Positions 19,018 through 28,485 of a DNA stretch of 51,529 nt are shown here, piece by piece (within the stretch, counting starts at the first letter, position 1; each line of letters opens with the position of its first letter). The stretch is from an uncultured Gammaproteobacteria bacterium (GTDB lineage Bacteria; Patescibacteriota; Patescibacteriia; CAYHVQ01), in assembly GCA_964360435.1 (NCBI GenBank), contig CAYHVQ010000003.1, positions 1 through 51,529 on the forward strand, in the 5' to 3' direction. Made by a program: the position numbers and the translations under genes. The notes below the pieces were generated by a model. The model ran no database searches and had not been told where the DNA came from. It saw only the letters and a program-made list of their open reading frames with translations.

Positions 19018-19042
19018 TCTGTTTATCCCGTAATAAAAAAAT

Positions 19043-19597
19043 ATGATTCATCTCCTTTCTGAATATCCAGCAAAATTGGAAGAGGCACGTGCTCATTATG
19101 AAGAGGAATTGAGTAAGATTCGCGCTGGACGAGCGGCTCCCGCTATGGTGGAGGATGTTGTCGCCGAGGCCTATGGCGCGCGAACACCGCTTAAGCAACT
19201 TGCCAGCATTAGCGCTCCGGATCCAAAAACGATTCAGATTCAACCGTGGGATGTTCAGCTTATGAAACACATTGAGAAAGCCCTTGTGGTAGCAAATTTG
19301 GGAATGACGCCGACGGTTGACGGGATGATTATCCGGCTCAACCTTCCGCAGATGACGGCCGATCGGCGTGAAGAATTGACGAAGCAGGTTGGAAAGAGAG
19401 CGGAGGAAGCGCGGATCGCCGTTCGTCAAGTCCGTGATGAAGCTGTTAAAATCCTTCGGGAAGCGCAAAAGGAAAAAACGATCTCTGAAGATGATGAATT
19501 TTTTGGGAAAAAAGAATTACAGGACGTTGTGGATGGGGTTAATGAAAAAATCAAATCCTTAGAAGAACAGAAGAAAAAAGAATTACTAACGATTTAA
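19043..19597 (+). CDS. frr: Ribosome recycling factor
   Basis: IRAGRA, AYGARTPLKQLA, IQPWD and ARIAVRQVR motifs. Confidence 0.96.
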   Translation: MIHLLSEYPAKLEEARAHYEEELSKIRAGRAAPAMVEDVVAEAYGARTPLKQLASISAPDPKTIQIQPWDVQLMKHIEKALVVANLGMTPTVDGMIIRLNLPQMTADRREELTKQVGKRAEEARIAVRQVRDEAVKILREAQKEKTISEDDEFFGKKELQDVVDGVNEKIKSLEEQKKKELLTI

Positions 19598-19598
19598 T

Positions 19599-20718
19599 AT
19601 GTTGCTCACGGTCATCATCTTTCTTGCGATTTTAGGTCTCCTTGTGCTCGTCCATGAATTCGGACATTTTATCGTTGCGAAAAAAAAACGGGATCACTGT
19701 TGAAGAATTTGGTTTTGGCTTTCCGCCTCGTATCTGGGGGGTAGCTTGGCGCGGAACACTCTATTCGTTGAATTGGATTCCACTTGGTGGATTTGTGAGG
19801 ATCAAGGGAGCGGCGGGGGATGATGAAGACGCTCAATTGCACACCCATGAAAAGGATAGTTTTGGATCGAAGCCGTTTTGGGTAAAGTCGAGCGTTCTCC
19901 TTGCGGGAGTCGGGATGAATATTCTATTGTGCGTTATTCTTCTATCTATTGGGTTCGTGGCAGGGATGCCATCCGCGCTTGAGGAATTGCCTGGAGGCGC
20001 GAAGGTAACAGATGCACACGTTCAAGTGGCACAAGTGCTACCGGACTCGCCCGCAGAGAAGGCGGGGTTGCTTCCCGGCGATCGCATCATGGCCGTCAAC
20101 GATGCCGCTGTTCAAAAAAGCGAGGAAGTCCAGGCCTTTAATCAAGATCGCGCGGGGCAAACGATTTCGTTAACCTGGAAACGAGAAGGTGAAACGCTGA
20201 CAAAATCGCTGACGCTGATGAAATCTGAAGAAGGTTATGGAATCATTGGCATATCCCTCTTGGATGTGGGCTTAGTCTCCTATGACCCCTTACGCGCAGT
20301 GGTGATGGGCGTCAAGTTAACCATCACGCTCATCGGACAAATTTTTCTAGCCTTTGGCCAGCTGATTAAAGGGCTTTTGGTGGAGCGTCAGATTTCTGCG
20401 GATGTTGCTGGCCCGATTGGGATTGCGGTGCTGACAGGTCAGGTTGCAAAACTCGGATGGACGTATCTCCTGCAATTTGCTGCACTCCTGTCTGTGAATT
20501 TGGCGATCTTTAACTTCATTCCATTTCCGGCATTGGATGGAGGGCGATTGCTTTTTGTCGTGATGGAAAAGGTCCGTGGGAAAGCGATTAGCCAGCGCGT
20601 TGAGGCGATTGTTCATGGTGTAGGTTATGCGACGTTACTCCTCCTAATGCTTCTCGTCACTGTGCGCGATATCGGCCGATTTACTGGAGGATTCTCTTGG
20701 TTTTTTGATCGTTTTTAG
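19599..20718 (+). pseudogene. rseP: RIP metalloprotease RseP (M50 plus PDZ), split by a frameshift in an A9 run
   Basis: ATG 19599 gives MLLTVIIFLAILGLLVLVHEFGHFIVAKK; the remainder (GFGFPP, IPLGGFV, PDZ, NFIPFPALDGG) is in the next frame after A9 at 19680-19688; could be a sequencing error. Confidence 0.85.
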
Positions 20719-20726
20719 AGACCTCA

Positions 20727-21767
20727 ATGATTAATCGTCTATTAGGGAGGTTTTCGCAGGATCTGGGAATTGATTTAGGGACGGCAAATACCCTCGTCTA
20801 TGTGAAAGATCGGGGGATTGTGATTAATGAGCCGTCGGTTGTTGCCGTGAATTCCCGGACAAATCAACTTTTAGCGGTGGGGCAAGATGCAAAAAAGATG
20901 GTTGGAAGGACCCCGATGCATATAGTTATATCCCGGCCATTGAAAGACGGTGTTGTATCGGATTTTGAGGTTGCGGAACGCATGATGAAACATTTTATTG
21001 AGAAGGTTCACCGTGAAACCTTTACAATTCTTCCGCGTCCACGGATCGTTGTTGGGATTCCACTGGGAGTGACTGAAGTGGAGCGCAAGGCCGTTGAGGA
21101 TGCGGCGTTGAGCGCCGGAGCCCGGCAAGTTTTTATGATCGAAGAACCCGTTGCTGCGGCGATTGGATCCCGCCTGCCCGTGCAGGACGCCGCGGGAAGC
21201 ATGGTTATGGATATCGGTGGGGGAACCACAGAGATTGCCGTGATCTCGCTCGGGGGCGTCGTGACGTGGAAATCCTTGAGAATCGCTGGCGACGAACTGA
21301 ATGAAAATATTATCCAATATGCCCGAGAGGAATTCAATCTCCTGCTTGGTGAGCGGACGGCCGAAGATACAAAAATCCGGCTCGGCTCCGCATTCGATGA
21401 CGGGAAACTCATCGAGGGAAAGATTCGAGGGCGAGATCTGATTACCGGTCTGCCAAAGGAAATTCGAATCACGAGCGGGCATATTCGCGAGGCACTCGCC
21501 AGATCCGTGAATCTTTTTGTGGATAGCGTCAAGTCCACCATTGAGGAGACGCCCCCAGAGCTTGTTTCAGATATCTACGAACGCGGATTGATTCTCGTTG
21601 GCGGCGGCGCGCTTCTCCGAGGCCTTGATCGGCGCATTCACCAAGAGACACAAATCCCCGTTCATATTGCAGATGATCCGCTGACGGGCGTGGTGCGCGG
21701 AACCGGATTGATTTTAGAGGACATTGACGCTGTGAAGGACATGTTTGTTTCCTCGGCACAGTTTTAG
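20727..21767 (+). CDS. mreB: Rod shape-determining protein MreB
   Basis: LGIDLGTAN, DIGGGTT and GGGALL motifs; first gene of mreBCD-mrdA. Confidence 0.96.
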   Translation: MINRLLGRFSQDLGIDLGTANTLVYVKDRGIVINEPSVVAVNSRTNQLLAVGQDAKKMVGRTPMHIVISRPLKDGVVSDFEVAERMMKHFIEKVHRETFTILPRPRIVVGIPLGVTEVERKAVEDAALSAGARQVFMIEEPVAAAIGSRLPVQDAAGSMVMDIGGGTTEIAVISLGGVVTWKSLRIAGDELNENIIQYAREEFNLLLGERTAEDTKIRLGSAFDDGKLIEGKIRGRDLITGLPKEIRITSGHIREALARSVNLFVDSVKSTIEETPPELVSDIYERGLILVGGGALLRGLDRRIHQETQIPVHIADDPLTGVVRGTGLILEDIDAVKDMFVSSAQF

Positions 21768-21780
21768 CGGTCATCTCAAA
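21764..21780 (+). repeat. 17-nt post-stop motif, copy 2 (TTAGCGGTCATCTCAAA)
   Basis: Overlaps the mreB TAG; 16/17 identical to 2997-3013. Confidence 0.6.
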
Positions 21781-21802
21781 GAATAGTAGAGTAGGATGTT
21801 CT

Positions 21803-22612
21803 ATGCGCCAGCGACGCCCCCTGTCCCAAGTGTTGATTGTGTGTTTCGTTTTGATAAGTTTTATTCTCCTGCATCGCTTGGGTTGGATTCGGCCGCTCGA
21901 AAGTCTTTTTCTTGGCGCCCTATCTCCCATTGAGGCGTCTTTTGTTTCCTGGGGGCAGGGGTTTCGTGATGTTATTTCCCCGCAAACATTAGGAGAGATT
22001 AGTCCCCAGCGGATTCAGGATTTAGAAGATCAGGTGAAAAATCTTGTGGTGGAAAATACCCGCTTACGTTCTCTGATTGACGATGTTCAGATTCTTGAGG
22101 AAGAAAAGCAGTTTTTAAAGGATCAGAGTCTTCTTGGGATCTCTGCGCGGGTGATTGGGGCAGGCTCGGATCTTGCACGACAAGCCATGATTATTAATAG
22201 AGGATCCCGACATGGTGTTCAGGTCGGTTCCGCGGTCATTGCACAAGACGGTTTTTTTATTGGAAAAATTGTGGAAGTGTTTGATGGAACTTCACGGATT
22301 GTTCTCGTGACCGATTCGTTAAGCGCGGTCGCCGTTCAGATTCAAAATGAGAAACAGTCGCCGGGGATTGTTGTTGGCGAATACGGACAGGCTCTGCGAA
22401 TGGACTTAATTCCACAGAACGAATCCATTGAGAAGGGTCAGCGAGTGACAACGTCGGGGATTGAGCCGCTCATTCCGAAGGGGTTGGTTGTTGGCGTCAT
22501 CCGTCGCGTGATTGATCAGGAGAGCGAAGTCTACCAGCAGGCGATTGTGGATCCGCTGATATCGTACGGTCGGATCCGCGTTGTTCATATTTTACTTCCA
22601 GCTTCCTTATGA
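21803..22612 (+). CDS. mreC: Rod shape-determining protein MreC
   Basis: TM, coiled coil (EN.RLR), INRGSRHGV and VTTSG....PKGLVVG motifs; synteny. Confidence 0.93.
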   Translation: MRQRRPLSQVLIVCFVLISFILLHRLGWIRPLESLFLGALSPIEASFVSWGQGFRDVISPQTLGEISPQRIQDLEDQVKNLVVENTRLRSLIDDVQILEEEKQFLKDQSLLGISARVIGAGSDLARQAMIINRGSRHGVQVGSAVIAQDGFFIGKIVEVFDGTSRIVLVTDSLSAVAVQIQNEKQSPGIVVGEYGQALRMDLIPQNESIEKGQRVTTSGIEPLIPKGLVVGVIRRVIDQESEVYQQAIVDPLISYGRIRVVHILLPASL

Positions 22613-23133
22613 GGCGAGTAATTGTTACGATCCTTTTTTTTGTGCTCGTCGCCGCTCTTCATGTCGGTTTTTTTTCCGTGTTTCCTGCTCTGCGCAGTAG
22701 CCTAAATTTTTTTTTAGTCATGACCATCGCCATCGCCATTCATCTGTCTCCACGAACGGCGTTATGGTGGGCTTTCGCCGCTGGAATCTGCCTAGATCTC
22801 GTTTCCTCGGAGCCATTTGGCCTTCGGAGCATCACCCTCATTCTTGTTGTTTGGATGCTTGACGAATGTTATCGTCGGATGTTTTCGCATCGGCACGGCA
22901 TCTCACTAGTCGTCCTGTATGCGATAGGAGTTGTTGCGGATGTTTTATTGAGATGGGGAATTTGGCAAATCATCCGACTGATCGGGTTTGATGTTTCTGA
23001 ATGGTTTCCCGACGCATGGTTGTCCTGGTTTATTGGATTTTTCTTTTGGAATATTATTGCTGTTCTTTTTGCGAGTTTTTTTCTTGAGCGATGGTTTGCG
23101 CCATCCGATCGTTCTAGCATCACTATTCACTGA
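22609..23133 (+). CDS. mreD: Rod shape-determining protein MreD
   Basis: Hydrophobic, AG...DL.S..PFG motif; between mreC and mrdA. Confidence 0.85.
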   Translation: MRRVIVTILFFVLVAALHVGFFSVFPALRSSLNFFLVMTIAIAIHLSPRTALWWAFAAGICLDLVSSEPFGLRSITLILVVWMLDECYRRMFSHRHGISLVVLYAIGVVADVLLRWGIWQIIRLIGFDVSEWFPDAWLSWFIGFFFWNIIAVLFASFFLERWFAPSDRSSITIH

Positions 23134-23138
23134 TATTT

Positions 23139-25085
23139 TTGATGAGCAACGACCCGTTTCAACTTCATGGATCAGATATTCATGATCGAGAGATTGATGT
23201 TTCGTATGCGCGTTTTCAAGTTGACGAAATTGTCACAGATGAGCAAGCACGCTCCCAGCCGTATACCCGCATGATCTCCATGAGGCGCATCCGCTGGGCT
23301 ATGGTGCTCATTTTTTCGGTTATTGGGGTCCTGTTTGCGCGAACGGCTTTTCTTCAGCTGGCGAGCGGAACGGTTTATCGTGCATCCGCGGAAATTAACC
23401 GCATTCGATCCCAGATCCTTCCTGCGCCACGTGGATTATTTTATGATCGCAACGGAGAATTGCTTGTGAGAAATGTTCCAAATTTTCGGGTGTTGATTGT
23501 TCCGGCGGATTTGCCAGAGGATGGGAATGAGCGCGAGCGGGTTCTTGATCATGTCGGCGGGCTTCTTGGAAAATCTCCGTCGGAACTTGCAGAGCAGATC
23601 GAAAACGCTTCAAATTCCCTTTACGAGCCGATTCTCATCACGGAACAGGTTGATTATAACACCGCGATTCGATTGCGCATTGACGCGGGAGGGCTGCCGG
23701 GGGTTTCTATTGAAACCGGCGCGCGAAGAGATTATTTAATGGGTACGGCTTTCAGTCACCTTTTGGGGTATACGGGGAAACTCACCAAAGAGGAGTTGGA
23801 TCAAGATCAAGAAAGGGAGTATCGCCTGAATGACGTGATTGGAAAATCCGGACTGGAAGTGCAATATGAAAAATTACTTCGAGGAAAAAATGGAGTTAAA
23901 CGCATTGAGGTTAATGCCCTAGGAAAGGAGCAAAAAGTTTTGGCAAAGGAGAACCCCCAACCCGGACAGCATCTCCTTCTTGGTATTGATCGCGGGCTTC
24001 AGCAGGTGCTGACGGATGCGCTCATGGAATTTCTGAATCAGCAGATCGGCGTTGGCGGTGCGGCCGTAGCGATCAACCCGCAAAACGGAGAAATTTTGGC
24101 ACTGACGAGTGTTCCAAGTTATGATCATAATGAATTTGCAGAAGGAATTTCCTCGGAACGCTATGCAGAGCTGATCAAGAATCCACACCTGCCGCTATTC
24201 ATGCGAGCGGTGTCCGGCGCGTATCCGTCCGGTTCGATCTTCAAGCCGATTGTGGCTGCGGCCGCGTTGCAGGAAGGTGTTATTCGTCCCGGTCAAACGA
24301 TAAATAGCACCGGAGGGATTCGCGTTGGTAATAGCTTCTTTCCGGACTGGAAACCCGGTGGCCACGGGCTCACCGACGCTCGGAAGTCCATCGCATGGTC
24401 CATTAATTCTTTTTACTATTACATTGGGGGAGGTTATCAGGATTTTAAGGGTTTGGGCGTTGAACGGATCGCTGCTTACGCCAAAATGTTTGGTCTGTCC
24501 GAAAAAGTTGGGATTGATTTTCCCGGAGAAGTAACTGGCCTCATTCCAACTCCGGCGTGGAAGCAGGAGACTCTCGGGGAAAAATGGTATTTGGGAAACA
24601 CCTACCACCTTTCGATCGGCCAGGGGTTTTTGAGCATGACCCCGCTTCAGGCAGCAACGTATACTGCAACGATTGCGAACGGGGGAACATTTTATCGTCC
24701 GCATTTGCTTCATGCCGTCAAAGACGCGAACGGCAACGTGGAGGATGTTCAACCAGAGGTCATTCGCACGGGTTTTATCAAGGGTGCGTACATCGAAGAG
24801 GTTCGCGCGGGGATGCGGGACGCAGTCGTGTATGGAAGTGCACAAGCACTCCAGTCTTTACCGATTTTGGCAGCTGCAAAGACGGGAACAGCGCAGTTTG
24901 GAGATGACGAGAAGACTCATAGCTGGTTTACGGCGTTTGCACCGTATGACCATCCGACGATCGCAGTTGCAGTCCTGGTGGAGAAGGGTGGCGGGGGAGG
25001 AGCTGTTGCCTTACCGGTTGCAAAAAAAGGACTAGAGTATTATTTTCGCGATCTTCAGCAAAAAAATCCTGGTGTGGACAATTGA
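23139..25085 (+). CDS. mrdA: Penicillin-binding protein 2
   Basis: APRG..YDRNG, SxxK (SIFK), SxN (SIN) and KTGTAQ motifs; start may be ATG 23142. Confidence 0.94.
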   Translation: MMSNDPFQLHGSDIHDREIDVSYARFQVDEIVTDEQARSQPYTRMISMRRIRWAMVLIFSVIGVLFARTAFLQLASGTVYRASAEINRIRSQILPAPRGLFYDRNGELLVRNVPNFRVLIVPADLPEDGNERERVLDHVGGLLGKSPSELAEQIENASNSLYEPILITEQVDYNTAIRLRIDAGGLPGVSIETGARRDYLMGTAFSHLLGYTGKLTKEELDQDQEREYRLNDVIGKSGLEVQYEKLLRGKNGVKRIEVNALGKEQKVLAKENPQPGQHLLLGIDRGLQQVLTDALMEFLNQQIGVGGAAVAINPQNGEILALTSVPSYDHNEFAEGISSERYAELIKNPHLPLFMRAVSGAYPSGSIFKPIVAAAALQEGVIRPGQTINSTGGIRVGNSFFPDWKPGGHGLTDARKSIAWSINSFYYYIGGGYQDFKGLGVERIAAYAKMFGLSEKVGIDFPGEVTGLIPTPAWKQETLGEKWYLGNTYHLSIGQGFLSMTPLQAATYTATIANGGTFYRPHLLHAVKDANGNVEDVQPEVIRTGFIKGAYIEEVRAGMRDAVVYGSAQALQSLPILAAAKTGTAQFGDDEKTHSWFTAFAPYDHPTIAVAVLVEKGGGGGAVALPVAKKGLEYYFRDLQQKNPGVDN

Positions 25086-25086
25086 C

Positions 25087-25115
25087 TTGATTTTTTTTGG
25101 AAAATCGTGTATCCT
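25087..25115 (+). promoter_or_regulatory. Putative sigma70 promoter of greA
   Basis: TTGATT-17 nt-TATCCT. Confidence 0.45.
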
Positions 25116-25179
25116 CATGTGGTCTTCGATCCTATTGCCGAAATTTTGATTTGGCTGGTTATTGTTTAAATTGTCAAGT

Positions 25180-25644
25180 ATGACCGATAAGCAAACATTC
25201 ATTACTAAGGAAGGTCTTCTGAGGTTACAGGCCGAGCTTCTTGAATTGAAAACTCACAAACGTCGCGAGCTTGCGGATCGCATTCGTGAGGCAAAAGAGC
25301 TTGGGGATTTGAGTGAAAACGCAGAATACATTCAAGCAAAAGAAGAGCAGGCGTTTGTAGAGGGAAAAATTCAAGAGCTTGAATATCTTTTGAAGTATGT
25401 GACGGTGATTGAATCCCATAAAGATGCCCAGGAAATTTTTGTAGGCTCAAAGGTAAAGGCGCGGATGAACGACCGCACGGTCGAATTCACGATTGTTGGA
25501 TCTAATGAAGCCAATCCCGGCACGGGTTTTATCTCCAATGAGTCGCCGCTCGGGCGAGCATTTCTCGGCCACAGGAAGAATGAAACAATAACGGTTTCAA
25601 CCCCTCGCGGGGAAACTTCCTACGAAATCCTTCACATCCAATAA
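25180..25644 (+). CDS. greA: Transcription elongation factor GreA
   Basis: GDLSENAEY and ISNESPLGRA motifs; ATG 25180 preferred over TTG 25162. Confidence 0.96.
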   Translation: MTDKQTFITKEGLLRLQAELLELKTHKRRELADRIREAKELGDLSENAEYIQAKEEQAFVEGKIQELEYLLKYVTVIESHKDAQEIFVGSKVKARMNDRTVEFTIVGSNEANPGTGFISNESPLGRAFLGHRKNETITVSTPRGETSYEILHIQ

Positions 25645-25702
25645 CCGTTTTTTTGAAAGGTGGGCTGAAGTTCGCTTGCCGTGTTTGTAATACGGGAGGG
25701 GG

Positions 25703-25731
25703 TTGAAGCCTTCAAAAAAAAATGCTAAAAT
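25703..25731 (+). promoter_or_regulatory. Putative sigma70 promoter of lysS
   Basis: TTGAAG-17 nt-TAAAAT with extended TG; 8 nt from the -10 box to ATG 25740. Confidence 0.55.
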
Positions 25732-25739
25732 ACGACAAG

Positions 25740-27233
25740 ATGGAACACGCATCTCAAAAAAATGAGAAGGAAGTCAGAGCCGAAAAACGGGGGTATTTAG
25801 AGTCTTCTGGCGCAATTCTTTATCCCGCCATCAGCCATCGCACACACTTGATTTCAACGGTACTGGATGGTTTTGAGGATTTGTTGAAAACTGAAAAAGA
25901 TGTTACAGTTGCCGGACGCCTTCGATCCCTGCGATTGCATGGAAAGTCGCTTTTTTTGCATTTAGAGGATGTCACGGGGCGCATTCAATGTTTTTTGCAA
26001 CAGGATGTTCTGGGTGACACGTACGAGGAGTGGAAAAACAACCTAGATGTTGGAGATTTTATTGAAATTCGTGGAACCGCATTTTTAACAAAACGTTCAG
26101 AGAAAACCATCCGAGCGGAAACCGTATCTTGGCTGGCAAAATCCTTGATGCCCCTACCTGATAAATGGAGCGGCTTGAAGGATAAAGAGTTGCGCTATCG
26201 TCGTCGCTATTTAGACTTCCTGGCAAATCCAGCCGCACGGGAAATTGCTGTTAAGCGGTCAGCAATCGTCCGGGCGATCCGACAATTCCTAGATCAGCAT
26301 GACTTCATGGAAGTGGAAACTCCCATCCTCCAGTTGGTTCCTGGAGGCGCGACCGCGCGTCCGTTTGTCACGCACCACAACGCTCTTGATGAGGATTTTT
26401 TCCTTCGCGTCGCGCCAGAGTTATACTTGAAGCGTTTGGTTGTTGGCGGATTTGAGCAGGTGTATGAAATCGCGCGTTGTTTCCGGAATGAAGGGATAGA
26501 CTATACTCATAATCCGGAATTCACACAGGTAGAATTTTACCAAGCGTATCAGGATTATAATGGTCTGATGACCTTTACGGAGGAACTTCTGGTTGCGATC
26601 TTAGATCAGGTTTTTGGATCTCGCGAAATCGTCTATAAAAAAGAAAAAATTGGGTTTCATCCACCTTTTCGCCGCGTTCGATTTGCCGATGGATTAAAGG
26701 AGTATGCGGATGTTGATATGCATGGTGAGAATGTGGATTGGATGGCTGTTGCAAAAAAGAAGGGGTTGGAGCCGGATGTCTCGTGGGGCCGTGGAAAAAT
26801 TTTTGACGAGCTTTTCAAAAAATTCGTTCGGCCAAATCTTATTCAACCAACGTTTCTTGTTGACCATCCGATCGAGCTTTCACCCCTTGCAAAAAAACAC
26901 CGTGAGCATGCAGGCGAAGTTGAACGATTTCAGCTTATTTGCGGCGGAGAATTTGAACTTTGTAATGCATTTTCAGAGCTGAATGATCCGTGGGATCAAG
27001 CCCAGCGGTTTCGAGATCAAGAAGATCTGCGAAAAGCAGGGGACGACGAGGCACAACGGTTTGACCAGGACTATGTGGATGCCCTAAGTGTTGGGATGCC
27101 GCCGACCGCGGGATTTGGGATGGGAATTGACCGCCTTGTCTCGATTCTCATGAATACAGAAAATTTGAAAGAAGTGATATTATTTCCCACCCTAAAACCG
27201 GAAGACTCCGATCAAGAAAAAAAACATGATTGA
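25740..27233 (+). CDS. lysS: Lysine--tRNA ligase (class II)
   Basis: RYRRRYLD, EVETP, GGATARPF, FRNEG, HNPEFT and GMGIDRL motifs; ATG 25722 is the alternative start. Confidence 0.97.
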   Translation: MEHASQKNEKEVRAEKRGYLESSGAILYPAISHRTHLISTVLDGFEDLLKTEKDVTVAGRLRSLRLHGKSLFLHLEDVTGRIQCFLQQDVLGDTYEEWKNNLDVGDFIEIRGTAFLTKRSEKTIRAETVSWLAKSLMPLPDKWSGLKDKELRYRRRYLDFLANPAAREIAVKRSAIVRAIRQFLDQHDFMEVETPILQLVPGGATARPFVTHHNALDEDFFLRVAPELYLKRLVVGGFEQVYEIARCFRNEGIDYTHNPEFTQVEFYQAYQDYNGLMTFTEELLVAILDQVFGSREIVYKKEKIGFHPPFRRVRFADGLKEYADVDMHGENVDWMAVAKKKGLEPDVSWGRGKIFDELFKKFVRPNLIQPTFLVDHPIELSPLAKKHREHAGEVERFQLICGGEFELCNAFSELNDPWDQAQRFRDQEDLRKAGDDEAQRFDQDYVDALSVGMPPTAGFGMGIDRLVSILMNTENLKEVILFPTLKPEDSDQEKKHD

Positions 27234-28485
27234 CGTAAAAGCGGTTCGAGAGGATCCCAAAAAAATCATCCAAGCCATGAAGGCAAAAAATGCGGATGTG
27301 GATATTCCGGCTTTTTTGGAATGTGATCAAAAGCGTCGTGAGGTGATGAAATGCGTTGAAGATCTCCGTGCTCAGCAAAAGAGAGCGAATGAGGGTATTG
27401 CGGCGGCATCCGGCGAACAGCGTGAGGAAAAAATTCAAGCAATGAGAATCATTGCGCAAGAGGCGCGTTGTCTCGAAAAAGACCTCGCAATCCTGGACGT
27501 CCAGTGGATGCGAATGCTGTTGCGTTTTCCAAATCCTGCTCTACCGGATGTGAAGGTTGGGAAGGATGAGACGAAAAACGAAGTCATTAAAACCGTTGGA
27601 ACGCCGAGAACAAGAGAGGAGGGGATGAAAGACTACCTCACGCTTTGCGCTCCTCACGATTGGGTGGATACTGATCGCGCAGGGAAGGTCTCTGGAACGA
27701 GATTCGGCTACATTAAGGGAGATCTTGCACGACTCGAATTTGCACTTGTGAGTTTTGTCATGGATCGCCTGATGCCAAAAGGGTTTATTCCTGTTGTCCC
27801 GCCAACCCTCGTGAAGGAACCTGCGATGCGAGGGATGGGATATTTGGAGCGCGGCGAGGATGAAATCTATCAAACGAAGCAAGATGGTTTTTTTCTTATC
27901 GGAACATCCGAACAATCTATTGGGCCAATGCACCAGGACGATATTTTTTTGCGAACCGAACTCCCGCGGCGCTATGTCGCGTTTTCCACCTGCTACCGCA
28001 GGGAGGCGGGGAGTTACGGAAAAGATACAAAAGGGATTTTACGTGTTCATCAGTTTGATAAAGTGGAGATGTTCTGTTTTACACTTCCCGAGCAATCCGA
28101 CACCGAGCACGAATTCCTCCTTGCGTGCGAAGAGGACTTGGTTCAGGCACTAGAGCTTCCTTACCATGTTCTAAAAATGTGCACCGGCGATTTAGGAGAC
28201 CCTGCGGCGCGGAAATACGATATTGAATGCTGGATCCCTTCAGAGCAGACGTATCGAGAAACGCACTCAACCTCAACATGTACAGATTTTCAGGCTCGAC
28301 GGCTCAATATCCGGTACCGAAAGGAGCACGGCGGGCAGGGGACGGTGCATACACTAAACGGTACAGCGTTTGCAATCGGAAGAACGCTGATCGCGCTTAT
28401 TGAAAATCATCAGCAGCCGGATGGTTCAGTGCGAATTCCAGCAGCTCTGCAGCCCTATCTTGGCGGAAAGGCGCGCATTCCATGA
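27226..28485 (+). CDS. serS: Serine--tRNA ligase
   Basis: GTSEQ, YRREAGSYGKDTKGILRVHQFDKVE and HTLNGT motifs. Confidence 0.97.
   Translation: MIDVKAVREDPKKIIQAMKAKNADVDIPAFLECDQKRREVMKCVEDLRAQQKRANEGIAAASGEQREEKIQAMRIIAQEARCLEKDLAILDVQWMRMLLRFPNPALPDVKVGKDETKNEVIKTVGTPRTREEGMKDYLTLCAPHDWVDTDRAGKVSGTRFGYIKGDLARLEFALVSFVMDRLMPKGFIPVVPPTLVKEPAMRGMGYLERGEDEIYQTKQDGFFLIGTSEQSIGPMHQDDIFLRTELPRRYVAFSTCYRREAGSYGKDTKGILRVHQFDKVEMFCFTLPEQSDTEHEFLLACEEDLVQALELPYHVLKMCTGDLGDPAARKYDIECWIPSEQTYRETHSTSTCTDFQARRLNIRYRKEHGGQGTVHTLNGTAFAIGRTLIALIENHQQPDGSVRIPAALQPYLGGKARIP

Noticed and set aside
18677-19468. 263-aa minus-strand ORF spanning the triple hairpin
   Set aside because: Antisense to frr and the propeller gene, with no domain signal
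20715-20727. TTAGAGACCTCAA after rseP as a fourth copy of the post-stop motif
   Set aside because: Needs a 3-nt gap plus mismatches; too weak to count
20871-21541. Two long minus-strand ORFs over mreB
   Set aside because: Typical antisense shadows of a conserved gene
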